This document shows, in pieces, positions 21,272 to 31,023 of a stretch of DNA of 45,677 nucleotides. The notes beneath the pieces were generated by a model that was not told where the DNA came from, searched no databases, and saw nothing but the letters and a program-made list of their open reading frames with translations. The position numbers were made by a program, and so were the translations under genes. How positions within the stretch are numbered: the stretch's first letter is position 1; each line of letters begins with the position of its first letter. Where the stretch lies: positions 1 through 45,677 of the forward strand of contig CAMKFY010000001.1 in assembly GCA_946411985.1 (NCBI GenBank), read 5' to 3'. This DNA is from an uncultured Clostridiaceae bacterium (lineage in GTDB: Bacteria > Bacillota > Clostridia > Oscillospirales > Ruminococcaceae).

Positions 21272-21919
21272 ATTAAAAATTAAACTGCGATGTTTAAAAA
21301 TAATACTTGTTAATATTTTAAATTATGTTTAAATAAATTAGCTTAAACAATAAATAAATTTAATACCTTTTTATTTTTTATTAACGTTATAAGCTAATAT
21401 AACAAACAATTATTTCGAATTATTTCAATAGATGTTTAAATTATTATTTAGTTTAAAGGAGTATTGGTGTTTTGAAAATATTAGAACAGTTATATGAAGG
21501 AAAAGCAAAACAAATATACAAAACAGAAAACAGTGATTATGTTGTAATAAAATATAAAGACGACGCAACAGCTTTTAATAGAAAAAAAGGCGGTATTAAA
21601 AATTAAACTGCGATGTTTAAAAATAATACTTGTTAATATTTTAAATTATGTTTAAATAAATTAGCTTAAACAATAAATAAATTTAATACCTTTTTATTTT
21701 TTATTAACGTTATAAGCTAATATAACAAACAATTATTTCGAATTATTTCAATAGATGTTTAAATTATTATTTAGTTTAAAGGAGTATTGGTGTTTTGAAA
21801 ATATTAGAACAGTTATATGAAGGAAAAGCAAAACAAATATACAAAACAGAAAACAGCGATTATGTTGTAATAAAATATAAAGACGACGCAACAGCTTTTA
21901 ATGGGAAAAAAAAGGCGAT
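21272..21919. repeat. Tandem duplication (323 + 325 nt) of the purC upstream region plus the first 44 purC codons
   Basis: Copy 1 is 21272-21594 and copy 2 is 21595-21919. They are near-identical: T/C at 21534/21857, plus a cluster of changes in the last ~20 nt. ATTAAAA occurs at both copy starts and just after the array (21272, 21595, 21920). Confidence 0.9.
21472..21606 (+). pseudogene. Truncated purC' fragment created by the duplication
   Basis: Same AAAGGAG RBS and TTG start as purC. Encodes [44 protein letters not shown] then TAA. The first 36 residues are identical to PurC. Confidence 0.85.
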
Positions 21920-22505
21920 ATTAAAAGGAAAAGGAACTATTAACAATAAAATTACAAATCATTTTATGAAAATTTTGCAAAAAAACAACATTCCAACACA
22001 CCTCGTTAAAGAAATTTCAGACACAGAAATTTTGGCAAAAAATGTTAAAATAGTTCCTTTGGAGGTTATAGTAAGAAATGTGGTGGCAGGTTCTTTTTCC
22101 AAAAGGTATGGAGTGAAAGAAGGTTTGAGCTTAAGGCAACCTTGTTTAGAATTTTGTTTAAAAAATGATTCGTTGGGAGACCCTTTCATAAATTCATCAC
22201 AAATTTTAGCTTTAAATTTAGCTGAAAAAGAAGATATAGAAATAATTAAAACCTACAGCCTTAAAATAAATTCTATTTTAAAAGAATATTTAACTAAACT
22301 TAATATAAAACTTATAGATTTTAAGCTCGAATTTGGAAAAACCAAAGAAGGCACAGTAATTCTTGCAGACGAAATATCGCCAGATACATGCAGATTTTGG
22401 GATATTAACACTAACGAAAAGTTAGATAAAGACAGGTTCCGGCAGGATATGGCTAACCAAATGTATGGCTACGAAGAAATATATAAAAGGATTATAGAAA
22501 ATTAA
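21795..22505 (+). CDS. purC: SAICAR synthetase
   Basis: [10 protein letters not shown]...DDATAFNGKK..., PLEVIVRN and LADEISPDTCRFWD motifs. TTG start with an AAAGGAG RBS. Confidence 0.93.
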   Translation: MKILEQLYEGKAKQIYKTENSDYVVIKYKDDATAFNGKKKAILKGKGTINNKITNHFMKILQKNNIPTHLVKEISDTEILAKNVKIVPLEVIVRNVVAGSFSKRYGVKEGLSLRQPCLEFCLKNDSLGDPFINSSQILALNLAEKEDIEIIKTYSLKINSILKEYLTKLNIKLIDFKLEFGKTKEGTVILADEISPDTCRFWDINTNEKLDKDRFRQDMANQMYGYEEIYKRIIEN

Positions 22506-22526
22506 ATTTTAAAGGTGTTTAAAATT

Positions 22527-23954
22527 ATGAATAATTCTTTGCATGAAGAATGTGGTGTTTTTGGTATATATACTAAAAACGCATCTTTAGATGCCGCTAG
22601 AAGTTGTTTTTTTGCATTATATTCCCTGCAACATAGAGGCCAAGAAAGCTGCGGCATAGCTGTAAACTCTGCAGGAATAATAAAACAACACAAAGGCATT
22701 GGCCTTGTTTGCGATGTTTTTAACAACGAAAACATTGAAAGCTTAGGAGTTGGAAATATGGCAATTGGCCATGTGCGCTACTCCACAACAGGCAACTCTA
22801 GCATAGAAAACGCCCAACCACTACTTATAAAGCATATAAAAGGCCCTTTAGCAATAGTTCATAACGGAAACATAACAAATGCCTTAGAGTTAAGAGAAAA
22901 GTTTGAAAGCTTAGGAGCTATTTTTCATAGCAGCAGTGATACCGAAATAATAGCATATGCAATAACGCAAAACAGATTAAAAACAAACTCCATAGAGCAG
23001 GCAGTTAAAAAAACAGTAAAGCTGTTAAAGGGTTCTTTTAGCTTAATTGTAATGTCTGCTCAAAAATTAATAGCTTTAAGAGACCCTATAGGTTTTAGGC
23101 CACTTTGCATGGGCGTAACAAAAGATGGCTCCTTTATGTTTGCATCAGAAAGTTGTGCATTCCCCACAGTTGGCGGAAAATTTTTAAGAGATGTAAAGCC
23201 AGGAGAAATTATAACAGTTAAAGGCAGCACGGTTAAATATGATGAAACTTTTTGCAAAAGCAAAGGTAATATATGCATATTTGAATATGTTTATTTTGCA
23301 AGGCCAGATAGCATTATAGAAAACACCAGCGTATATAAAGCTAGGCTAGAAGCAGGCAAATATTTGGCTAAAGAACATAAAGCGTTAACAGCGGATGTTG
23401 TTGTTGGCGTGCCCGATTCGGGCTTAATAGCAGCTAAAGGGTTTGCTAAACAAAGTGGGTTACCTTACTGCGATGGGTTTGTTAAAAATAAATATATTGG
23501 AAGAAGTTTTATAGAGCCAACACAAAATATGAGAGAAAATGTTGTAAAAATTAAGCTAAATGCCATAGAACAAAACGTTAGCGGTAAACGAGTGGTTATG
23601 GTAGACGATTCTATAGTGCGTGGCACTACCTGCAAAAGAATAGTTAAAATATTAAAAAACGCTAATGCAAAAGAGGTGCACGTAAGAGTGGCTTGCCCTT
23701 GCTTTAAACACCCATGCTATTTTGGCACAGATATAGACAGCACAGAAAATTTAATAGCCTGCAAAATGAACATAGAGCAAATTACAAAATATATAGGAGC
23801 AGATTCATTAGGGTTTTTAAGCCTTGAAGGTTTGAAAGAAGCTATAGGAATAGATAATACAAATTTCTGCGTTGGCTGTTTTAACGGAATATATCCGCAA
23901 AAGCCGCCAAGTTATAGCAATAAAAACAAATTTGACGAAAAAATTGAAGGGTGA
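22527..23954 (+). CDS. purF: Amidophosphoribosyltransferase (Fe-S cluster type)
   Basis: Ntn nucleophile context HEECGVFGIY, PRTase motif VVMVDDSIVRGTT, Cys-rich C-terminus (CPCFKHPCYFG, CVGCF). ATG 22527 lies 9 nt after AAAGGTG. Confidence 0.92.
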   Translation: MNNSLHEECGVFGIYTKNASLDAARSCFFALYSLQHRGQESCGIAVNSAGIIKQHKGIGLVCDVFNNENIESLGVGNMAIGHVRYSTTGNSSIENAQPLLIKHIKGPLAIVHNGNITNALELREKFESLGAIFHSSSDTEIIAYAITQNRLKTNSIEQAVKKTVKLLKGSFSLIVMSAQKLIALRDPIGFRPLCMGVTKDGSFMFASESCAFPTVGGKFLRDVKPGEIITVKGSTVKYDETFCKSKGNICIFEYVYFARPDSIIENTSVYKARLEAGKYLAKEHKALTADVVVGVPDSGLIAAKGFAKQSGLPYCDGFVKNKYIGRSFIEPTQNMRENVVKIKLNAIEQNVSGKRVVMVDDSIVRGTTCKRIVKILKNANAKEVHVRVACPCFKHPCYFGTDIDSTENLIACKMNIEQITKYIGADSLGFLSLEGLKEAIGIDNTNFCVGCFNGIYPQKPPSYSNKNKFDEKIEG

Positions 23955-23959
23955 AAAAA

Positions 23960-24994
23960 ATGCACATAAATGAAAATGAATATAAAAAATCTGGAGTAGA
24001 TGTAGAAGCAGGCTATAAAGCAGTAGAGCTTATAAAGCCTTATGTGGAAAAAACAAAAATAGATGGGGCTATAGGAAATATTGGAGGGTTTGCCGGCTTT
24101 TTTAAACCAAATTTTAAAAATTTAGAAGAGCCAATATTAGTGTCCAGCACAGATGGAGTAGGCACAAAAATAAAATTGGCTATGTTACTAAATAAACACG
24201 ATACAATAGGCATAGATTGCGTTGCTATGTGTGCTAACGATATAATATGTAGTGGCGCTGAACCTTTATTTTTTTTAGACTACATAGCTTGTGGCAAGAA
24301 CTATCCGCAAAAAATAAAGGACATAGTTAAAGGGGTGTCGCAAGGTTGCATACAAGCCAAAATGGCATTAATAGGCGGCGAAACAGCAGAACACCCAAAC
24401 ATAATGGCAGAAAATGAATATGACCTTTGCGGATTTGCTGTTGGCATTGTAGATAGAAGTAAAATTCTACCAAAAACTAATATAAACCCAGACGATATAA
24501 TTATAGGGCTGCCGTCTAGTGGCGTTCATTCTAATGGTTTTTCACTTATTAGAAAGATATTTAATATTGAAAATATAGATTTAAACAGTAATTTTAACCT
24601 TCTTGAAGATACACTAGGAAACACTCTGTTAACTCCAACAACAATTTACGTGCAACCAATAAAGCAACTCCTAAAAGACGTAAACGTTAAAGCCATTTGC
24701 CATATAACAGGTGGCGGTTTTTTTGAAAATATACCCAGAATGCTGCCAAGTGATATGTCTGCAACAATTTACAAGAAGAATTTAAAAACCCCTAAAATAT
24801 TTGAACTAATAATGCAAAAAGGAAATATATCTGAAAATAATATGTTACAAATTTTTAATATGGGCATAGGGCTTATGTGCGTTATACCAAGAGAAGATGA
24901 AGAGAAAGCATTAAATAGTTTGCATAAGTTTAGTGTTAACGCTTATGTTTTAGGAAAAATATCACAAGAAGACGTAAAGGTTAAAATAATTTAA
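23960..24994 (+). CDS. purM: AIR synthase (phosphoribosylformylglycinamidine cyclo-ligase)
   Basis: YKKSGVDVEAGY, STDGVGTK and GHITGGGFFENIPR-like motifs. Overlaps the purF stop. Confidence 0.92.
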   Translation: MHINENEYKKSGVDVEAGYKAVELIKPYVEKTKIDGAIGNIGGFAGFFKPNFKNLEEPILVSSTDGVGTKIKLAMLLNKHDTIGIDCVAMCANDIICSGAEPLFFLDYIACGKNYPQKIKDIVKGVSQGCIQAKMALIGGETAEHPNIMAENEYDLCGFAVGIVDRSKILPKTNINPDDIIIGLPSSGVHSNGFSLIRKIFNIENIDLNSNFNLLEDTLGNTLLTPTTIYVQPIKQLLKDVNVKAICHITGGGFFENIPRMLPSDMSATIYKKNLKTPKIFELIMQKGNISENNMLQIFNMGIGLMCVIPREDEEKALNSLHKFSVNAYVLGKISQEDVKVKII

Positions 24995-25022
24995 TTTATA
25001 AAATAATTTAGGAGGTTAATTA

Positions 25023-25652
25023 TTGAATAAAATAGCAGTTTTAGTTTCAGGCACAGGCACAAATTTAAAAGCCTTAATAGAAGCTATAAAAAACAACGAA
25101 ATTAAAAACGGAAAAATATCACTAGTTATATCTTCAAATAAAAATGCAAAAGCTATAACAATAGCTAAAGAAGCAAATATAAATACAATGGTGTTAGATA
25201 GAAAAAGTTTTAAATTGGCGCATGAGTTTGAGGAAGCTTTATTTTTAGCGTTAAAAGAAGAAGAACCAAATTTAATAGTTATGGCAGGGTTTTTGTGCAT
25301 AATACCTAAAAAAATTACAGATCACTTTAAAAATAAAATAATTAACATACACCCATCTTTAATACCAGCTTTTTGTGGCGAAGGCTTTTATGGGCTAAAG
25401 GTGCATGAAGCAGTGCTTAAAAAGGGGGTTAAAATAACGGGGGCTACTGTGCATTTTGTAAACGAAATAGCAGACGGTGGCCCTATAATTTTGCAAAAAA
25501 GCGTGGAGGTAAAGCAAACCGATTCTCCAGAGATTTTGCAAAAAAGGGTTATGGAGCAAGCAGAATGGGTTATTTTAAAAAAAGCTGTAAATTATATATG
25601 TTTAAATAGAATTTATGTTAAAAATAACAAAACATTTATAACGGAGGAATAA
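25023..25652 (+). CDS. purN: GAR formyltransferase
   Basis: IAVLVSGTGTNL, INIHPSLIPAF and GATVHFV...DGGPII motifs. TTG start 7 nt after GGAGG. Confidence 0.9.
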   Translation: MNKIAVLVSGTGTNLKALIEAIKNNEIKNGKISLVISSNKNAKAITIAKEANINTMVLDRKSFKLAHEFEEALFLALKEEEPNLIVMAGFLCIIPKKITDHFKNKIINIHPSLIPAFCGEGFYGLKVHEAVLKKGVKITGATVHFVNEIADGGPIILQKSVEVKQTDSPEILQKRVMEQAEWVILKKAVNYICLNRIYVKNNKTFITEE

Positions 25653-25655
25653 GCT

Positions 25656-26375
25656 TTGGAAAGTTTGGAAAACGCATTAAGAAAATATAAATACCCAGGA
25701 CGTGGCATAGTAATGGGGCTAGGAGAAGACGACAATTTTTTAATAGGCTACTTTATAACCGGTAGAAGCAAAAACTCCAAAAATAGAATATTAGAATTAG
25801 ATTCCGAAGGAAACGCAAAAACAGTTGAATTTGAAACCACAAACAATAATAAAAATAAAGACCTTATTTTATATAAAGCCACATCTAAGTTTAATACATA
25901 CACAATAATCACAAACGGTAACCATACCGACACAATTTTAGAAGGCCTAAAACTCGGAAAAACATTTGAAGAATCTTTAAAAACAAGAACTTTTGAAGAA
26001 GACCCACCAATATTTACGCCAAGAATATCTGGCATTTTAAACATTGCTAATGGAAAAATAGAATACAAGCTATCAATAATAAAAAGCAACAAAGAAAATA
26101 GATATAACGTAGAAAGATTCTATTTTGAATATGAAGGGGGCACAAAAGGCGTAGGCCACCTAATACACACATATAAACAGAAACAGCAAAATGTTGAAAA
26201 TATAGATAGCTTCTACGGCGAACCTGTTAAGGTGACGCTGCCGGGAGATATTGTTGAATTTGCAAACACAATATGGCAAAACTTAAACGAAGAATATAAA
26301 GTAAGCGTTTTTGCACGTTTAATAAACATTAAAACAAAAAAAGAATATACGAAAATTATTAATAAAAACTCTTAA
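25656..26375 (+). CDS. purO: Archaeal-type IMP cyclohydrolase (PurO-like)
   Basis: N-terminus YPGRGIVMGLGEDDNFLIGYFITGRSKNSKNR resembles PurO. Sits directly before an AICARFT-only purH. TTG start 8 nt after GGAGG. Confidence 0.65.
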   Translation: MESLENALRKYKYPGRGIVMGLGEDDNFLIGYFITGRSKNSKNRILELDSEGNAKTVEFETTNNNKNKDLILYKATSKFNTYTIITNGNHTDTILEGLKLGKTFEESLKTRTFEEDPPIFTPRISGILNIANGKIEYKLSIIKSNKENRYNVERFYFEYEGGTKGVGHLIHTYKQKQQNVENIDSFYGEPVKVTLPGDIVEFANTIWQNLNEEYKVSVFARLINIKTKKEYTKIINKNS

Positions 26376-26417
26376 CATAATATAACCTTTTTGTGCACCA
26401 AATAAATTTTAAAAGGC

Positions 26418-27608
26418 ATGGTGAAAAAAATGAAAGAATTAAATTTAAAATATGGATGTAACCCAAACCAAACCCCTGCTAAAATATATATAAAAAATAG
26501 AGAAAGCCTACCTATAGAAATTTTAAACGGCATGCCAGGTTATATAAACCTGCTAGACGCATTAAACAGCTGGCAGCTAGTAAAAGAATTAAAAGCAGCC
26601 ACAAACAAAAAAGCTGCAGCTTCATTTAAACATTTAAGCCCGGCAGGCGCAGCTCTTGGTGAAGGCATATCGCAAAAAACAGCAAAAGTATGTTTTGTAG
26701 ATGATTTGAATTTAACATCTAACATGGCTATAGCATATGCAAAAGCGCGCGGAGCAGACAGAATGTCTTCATATGGGGACTGGGCAGCCTTATCAGATGA
26801 ATGCGACGAAGAGACAGCAAAAATTTTAAAACGAGAAGTATCTGATGGCATAATAGCGCCTAGCTTTACGCCAAAGGCTCTGGAAATATTAAAAACAAAA
26901 AAAAAAGGCCGGTATAACATAATAAAAATAGATGAAAACTACAACCCACCGCAAATTGAAAAAAGAGAAGTGTTTGGGATAACATTCGAGCAAAAACGTA
27001 ATAATTCTATAATAACAAACGAAATTTTAAGCAACGTAGTAACCGAAAACAAAAACATACCGCAAAATGCAAAAGAAGACCTTATACTAGGCGCACTAGT
27101 TAATAAATATACACAATCTAATTCTGTATGCTATACAAAAAACGGCATGGCCATTGGCATAGGAGCCGGCCAGCAATCTAGAATACATTGCACAAGGTTG
27201 GCTGGCAAAAAAGCAGACTCCTTTTTTCTGAGGCATCATAATAAAGTGTTAAATTTACCATTTCTAGAAAATATAAAAAGAGCCACGCGCGACAACGCCA
27301 TAGACGTATACGTTAATGAAAATGCACAGGAGCTTTTAAAAGACGGCAATTGGCAGCAAATATTTTATGAAAAGCCAGAACCATTAACAGAAGCTGAAAA
27401 AAAAGAATGGATATCTGAGCAAAACGAAATATCTCTTTGCTCTGATGCGTTCTTTCCTTTTAGCGATAACATTAAAAGAGCAGCGCAATCTAACGTGCAA
27501 TATATATGCCAACCAGGCGGCTCTATTGCAGACGAACAGGTTATAGCAGAATGCAACAAACACAAAATGGTGATGGTGTTTACAAATATTCGTTTGTTTC
27601 ACCATTAA
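26418..27608 (+). CDS. purH: AICAR formyltransferase (PurH AICARFT domain only; no MGS-like IMP cyclohydrolase domain)
   Basis: 396 aa starting LKYGCNPNQ and ending RLFHH (PurH-like C-terminus). Too short to carry the N-terminal IMPCH domain. Confidence 0.8.
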   Translation: MVKKMKELNLKYGCNPNQTPAKIYIKNRESLPIEILNGMPGYINLLDALNSWQLVKELKAATNKKAAASFKHLSPAGAALGEGISQKTAKVCFVDDLNLTSNMAIAYAKARGADRMSSYGDWAALSDECDEETAKILKREVSDGIIAPSFTPKALEILKTKKKGRYNIIKIDENYNPPQIEKREVFGITFEQKRNNSIITNEILSNVVTENKNIPQNAKEDLILGALVNKYTQSNSVCYTKNGMAIGIGAGQQSRIHCTRLAGKKADSFFLRHHNKVLNLPFLENIKRATRDNAIDVYVNENAQELLKDGNWQQIFYEKPEPLTEAEKKEWISEQNEISLCSDAFFPFSDNIKRAAQSNVQYICQPGGSIADEQVIAECNKHKMVMVFTNIRLFHH

Positions 27609-27691
27609 TTAGGTTAAATATATAATGCAAAAAATATGCAGCTCAATTAGCTAACAAAAACAAAATATTTTTAAGGAGAAAAAATTATATT

Positions 27692-28966
27692 ATGAAAGTT
27701 TTAGTAGTAGGAAAAGGTGGCAGAGAGCACGCCATAGCATGCGCCCTGAAAAAATCTGAAAAAATAAGTAAACTATATTGTGCGCCTGGCAACGGTGGCA
27801 CAGAACAAATAGCCACAAATGTTAACATTTGTGAACTAGATAACGAAAAAATGGTGGAATTTATATTAAAAGAAAAAATAAATTTTGTTGTAGTAACGCC
27901 AGACAACCCATTGGCTAATGGCATGGTAGACGCTATTGAAAAGGTTGGCGTGCCTTGTTTTGGCCCATCAAAAGAAGCAGCAAAAATAGAATCTAGCAAA
28001 ATATTTGCAAAAGAGCTTATGTCTGAAAACAACATACCAACAGCAAAATATGAGGTATTTGAAAACTATGAAAAAGCAATAGAATATTTAAAATTGGAAA
28101 ATAAATACCCAACAGTTATTAAAGCAGACGGCCTTGCGCTTGGGAAAGGAGTAACCGTAGCACAAAATTTTGAGCAAGCAAGCGAAGCAGCATACAACAT
28201 ATTAGAAAAAAATAAATTTGGGCAAAACAATAAAAAAATTTTAATAGAAGAATATTTAGAAGGCATAGAAGCATCTGTACTTTGCTTTTGCGACGGCAAC
28301 ACAATAAAACCAATGATATCTTGTATGGATCATAAAAGAATATTTGATGGCGATAAAGGGCCAAACACAGGAGGCATGGGAGCCGTAGCGCCAAACCCAG
28401 CATACACAGAAGAAATAGCAAAAATATGTGAAAACAAAATATATAGAAAAACAATAGAAGCTATGAAAAAGAGAAAAACACCATTTAGTGGTTGTTTATA
28501 TATTGGGCTAATGCTCACCAAAATTGGCCCAAAAGTGGTGGAATATAATTGCAGGTTTGGCGACCCAGAAACGCAAGCAATACTACCACTTCTTAAAACA
28601 GACCTTTTTTCTATAATGATGGCAATAAAAAATAAGGAACTAGAAAAAATAAACATAGAATTTGAAAAAAAATGCTGCACAAGTTTAATACTCGCCTCAA
28701 AAGGCTACCCAGAAGAATATGAAAAAGGCTTTGAAATAACATTCAAAAGCCAAAACGAAGACGCACACATATATAGCAATGGCACAATATTAAAAAACAG
28801 CAAACTAATAACAAATGGCGGCAGAGTGCTTTGCGTTTCATGCACAGCAAACACTCTGAAAGAATCTATAGAGAAGGCATATAAAGCAGCAGAAAACATA
28901 CAATTTAGCAATATGTATTACAGAAAAGATATAGGCAAAAAGGCACTAGAAATACTAGAAAATTAG
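27692..28966 (+). CDS. purD: GAR synthetase
   Basis: MKVLVVGKGGREHA N-terminus and an ATP-grasp core (VIKADGLALGKGV, EYNCRFGDPE). Confidence 0.93.
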   Translation: MKVLVVGKGGREHAIACALKKSEKISKLYCAPGNGGTEQIATNVNICELDNEKMVEFILKEKINFVVVTPDNPLANGMVDAIEKVGVPCFGPSKEAAKIESSKIFAKELMSENNIPTAKYEVFENYEKAIEYLKLENKYPTVIKADGLALGKGVTVAQNFEQASEAAYNILEKNKFGQNNKKILIEEYLEGIEASVLCFCDGNTIKPMISCMDHKRIFDGDKGPNTGGMGAVAPNPAYTEEIAKICENKIYRKTIEAMKKRKTPFSGCLYIGLMLTKIGPKVVEYNCRFGDPETQAILPLLKTDLFSIMMAIKNKELEKINIEFEKKCCTSLILASKGYPEEYEKGFEITFKSQNEDAHIYSNGTILKNSKLITNGGRVLCVSCTANTLKESIEKAYKAAENIQFSNMYYRKDIGKKALEILEN

Positions 28967-30388
28967 TTATTGCCCCTCCCCTTTTTCGTTATTGCCGTCA
29001 TCTTCAACATAAAAATCTACGGTTACTGTTCTTTCCTTCTTTGTTTTAATATTAAATAGTGTTATATCAGCAGAATCTGTTGTATGCTTATGTTTTAGCA
29101 TTGCAAAAAGATCGTTAGAATCTTTAACAGGTTTGCCGTCAAATTTTGTTATAACATCACCAGGCCTAATTTTCGCTCTTGCAGCTGGCGAATAAGGCTC
29201 AACGTTGCAAACGACAGCGCCGCCTTCTAATTTTGAATCTTTATTTCCGTTAATGTAGAGCAAAATATCTTTACTTGTATATAGCTGCACTCCAAGCCGC
29301 GCTAGCGGTGCTTCGCCTTTTCCAGTTTTGTTTACCTTATCTAATATTTTGTTAACCTCTGTCATAACTTCGTTAATTGGCAAACACATACCTATGCTAT
29401 CTAAAGTAATGCCTGCGATTTTAGCCATACAAATGCCAATAACCATGCCTTTATTGTTACAAAGCGGCCCACCAGAATTTCCAGCATTCATTGCAGCGTC
29501 CACCTGTATTAATTTAACAGGCTCATAAATTTGCTCGTACTGCAACTCTCTGTCTAGCCCACTAACAATACCATGGCTAACAGAGCCAACATATTCTAAA
29601 GAAAGTGGGCTTCCTATTAAATATACCTCTTGGCCTTTATTTAACTTTGAAGAATCACCAATTTCAGCGCAAACCACCTTCCTGCCATCTAAAGGCACCT
29701 TTAACACAGCAATATCTACAGAAGGATTGCTTCCTAACACCTCAGCCTTTTTAAAATTTTTAACATCGCCATCAAAATATATGTCTATTTCGCTATTCTT
29801 TTTATGACGCAACACATCTTCAACAACGTGAAAGTTTGTTAAAACATAAGCAAAATCCCCAACAGTTTTAAATATAAAACCAGATGCAGTGCCATTAGCT
29901 ATTACATCTGCATCTTTATCCACTTTGGCTTTTTTATCATCACCTCCAAAAAACGGGAAGAAAAAAGGCATACCAGGAAACGGAAAATCAAAGCCATTGT
30001 TAGCTGCAACATTTTCATCTCTAATTACTATCTTTATAGACACAACAGAAGGAGACACCTTTAAAGCCACAGCCTCACCGCTGCTACAAGAATCTCCTTC
30101 AATATGTACCTCTCTTGGGCTTGTGTCTATTTTTTTATCTTTTAAAAGGTATCTGTCTAACATTCTGCCAAAAAAGGCGCCACCGCCAGATGCAACAGCA
30201 ACCAAAAAGAACACCATAAAAGCAAAACCCGATCTACTCATATAAACTCTAGAGCCAGTGCCTCTCTTGCGGCGATTATTAGTAGAGCCACCGTTAACAC
30301 CATTTAAAAGGTCATTTAAATGTCTCACTTCATCATTGTTATTTTTTTTGTTTTTTGCTTTATTAAATTTATTAAAAAAATTATTCAA
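28967..30388 (-). CDS. htrA: HtrA/DegP-family membrane-anchored serine protease with PDZ domain
   Basis: N-terminal TM. Catalytic triad context TNFHVVED, DIAVLKV, GNSGGPL. C-terminal PDZ-like region (PGDVITKFDGKPV). Confidence 0.88.
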   Translation of the reverse strand: MNNFFNKFNKAKNKKNNNDEVRHLNDLLNGVNGGSTNNRRKRGTGSRVYMSRSGFAFMVFFLVAVASGGGAFFGRMLDRYLLKDKKIDTSPREVHIEGDSCSSGEAVALKVSPSVVSIKIVIRDENVAANNGFDFPFPGMPFFFPFFGGDDKKAKVDKDADVIANGTASGFIFKTVGDFAYVLTNFHVVEDVLRHKKNSEIDIYFDGDVKNFKKAEVLGSNPSVDIAVLKVPLDGRKVVCAEIGDSSKLNKGQEVYLIGSPLSLEYVGSVSHGIVSGLDRELQYEQIYEPVKLIQVDAAMNAGNSGGPLCNNKGMVIGICMAKIAGITLDSIGMCLPINEVMTEVNKILDKVNKTGKGEAPLARLGVQLYTSKDILLYINGNKDSKLEGGAVVCNVEPYSPAARAKIRPGDVITKFDGKPVKDSNDLFAMLKHKHTTDSADITLFNIKTKKERTVTVDFYVEDDGNNEKGEGQ

Positions 30389-30456
30389 CTTTCTTCAAAC
30401 CTACCCTTCGCAATTAAAACTAAACATTTAAAGTTGTCAAAAATACCACGCCTGCA

Positions 30457-30485
30457 ATTATAACACAAGATTGCAATTTTAACAA
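30457..30485 (-). promoter_or_regulatory. Candidate htrA promoter
   Basis: On the minus strand: TTGTTA (30485-30480), 17-nt spacer, TGtTATAAT extended -10 (-10 hexamer at 30462-30457). Confidence 0.45.
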
Positions 30486-30555
30486 CACAATTAGAGTAAA
30501 ATTAAATAAATTGGTAAAAGCAATAGTAACATAAATAGTAATTATAAAATTTTTA

Positions 30556-30584
30556 TTGTAAATTGTTAATAGTTATGGTAAACT
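30556..30584 (+). promoter_or_regulatory. Candidate V-ATPase operon promoter
   Basis: TTGTAA (30556-30561), 17-nt spacer ending in TGg, TAAACT (30579-30584). Confidence 0.45.
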
Positions 30585-30640
30585 CTTTAAGCAAGAAATT
30601 ATTCTATAAAAATTGTTATTTTGAGAAAGGTTTCAGTTTT

Positions 30641-30964
30641 ATGTTAAAAGAAATTCTTTTAAAGGTGCAAAAAAAAGAGCAAGAGTCCGCGCATAGCATA
30701 GAAAAAGAAGTTGACGCTTGCGAAAAAAATATTGAAAAAGCAAAAGGCAAAGCTAAAAAATATATCGAAATTAAGAAACATCAAAATAAAATTCTATATG
30801 AAAGAGAAATAGAAGCCTTCGTAAACAAACTGCAAAAACAACAAAAAGAATTTGAAGAAATTTTAAACGCGGAATGCGCAAAACTCGAAGAAAATTTTAA
30901 TAAAAATTCTAAAGTTGCCATAAAAGCAGTTATAAACAGCTTTATAGAAGAAAATGAAAATTAA
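30641..30964 (+). CDS. V-type ATPase peripheral-stalk subunit (G/H-like small coiled-coil protein)
   Basis: 107-aa K/E-rich helical protein, first gene of the operon. ATG 30641 is preceded by GAGAAAGG. Confidence 0.6.
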   Translation: MLKEILLKVQKKEQESAHSIEKEVDACEKNIEKAKGKAKKYIEIKKHQNKILYEREIEAFVNKLQKQQKEFEEILNAECAKLEENFNKNSKVAIKAVINSFIEENEN

Positions 30965-31023
30965 ACATAAAAAGCAATTTTAATTTAAAACCATCTATAT
31001 ACACTTTTAGAAAGGATTTTTAT

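Noticed and set aside
28119-28680. Two minus-strand ORFs of 111 and 116 aa
   Set aside because: Both lie antisense to purD. They are Leu/Cys/Phe-rich shadows without RBS or motifs.
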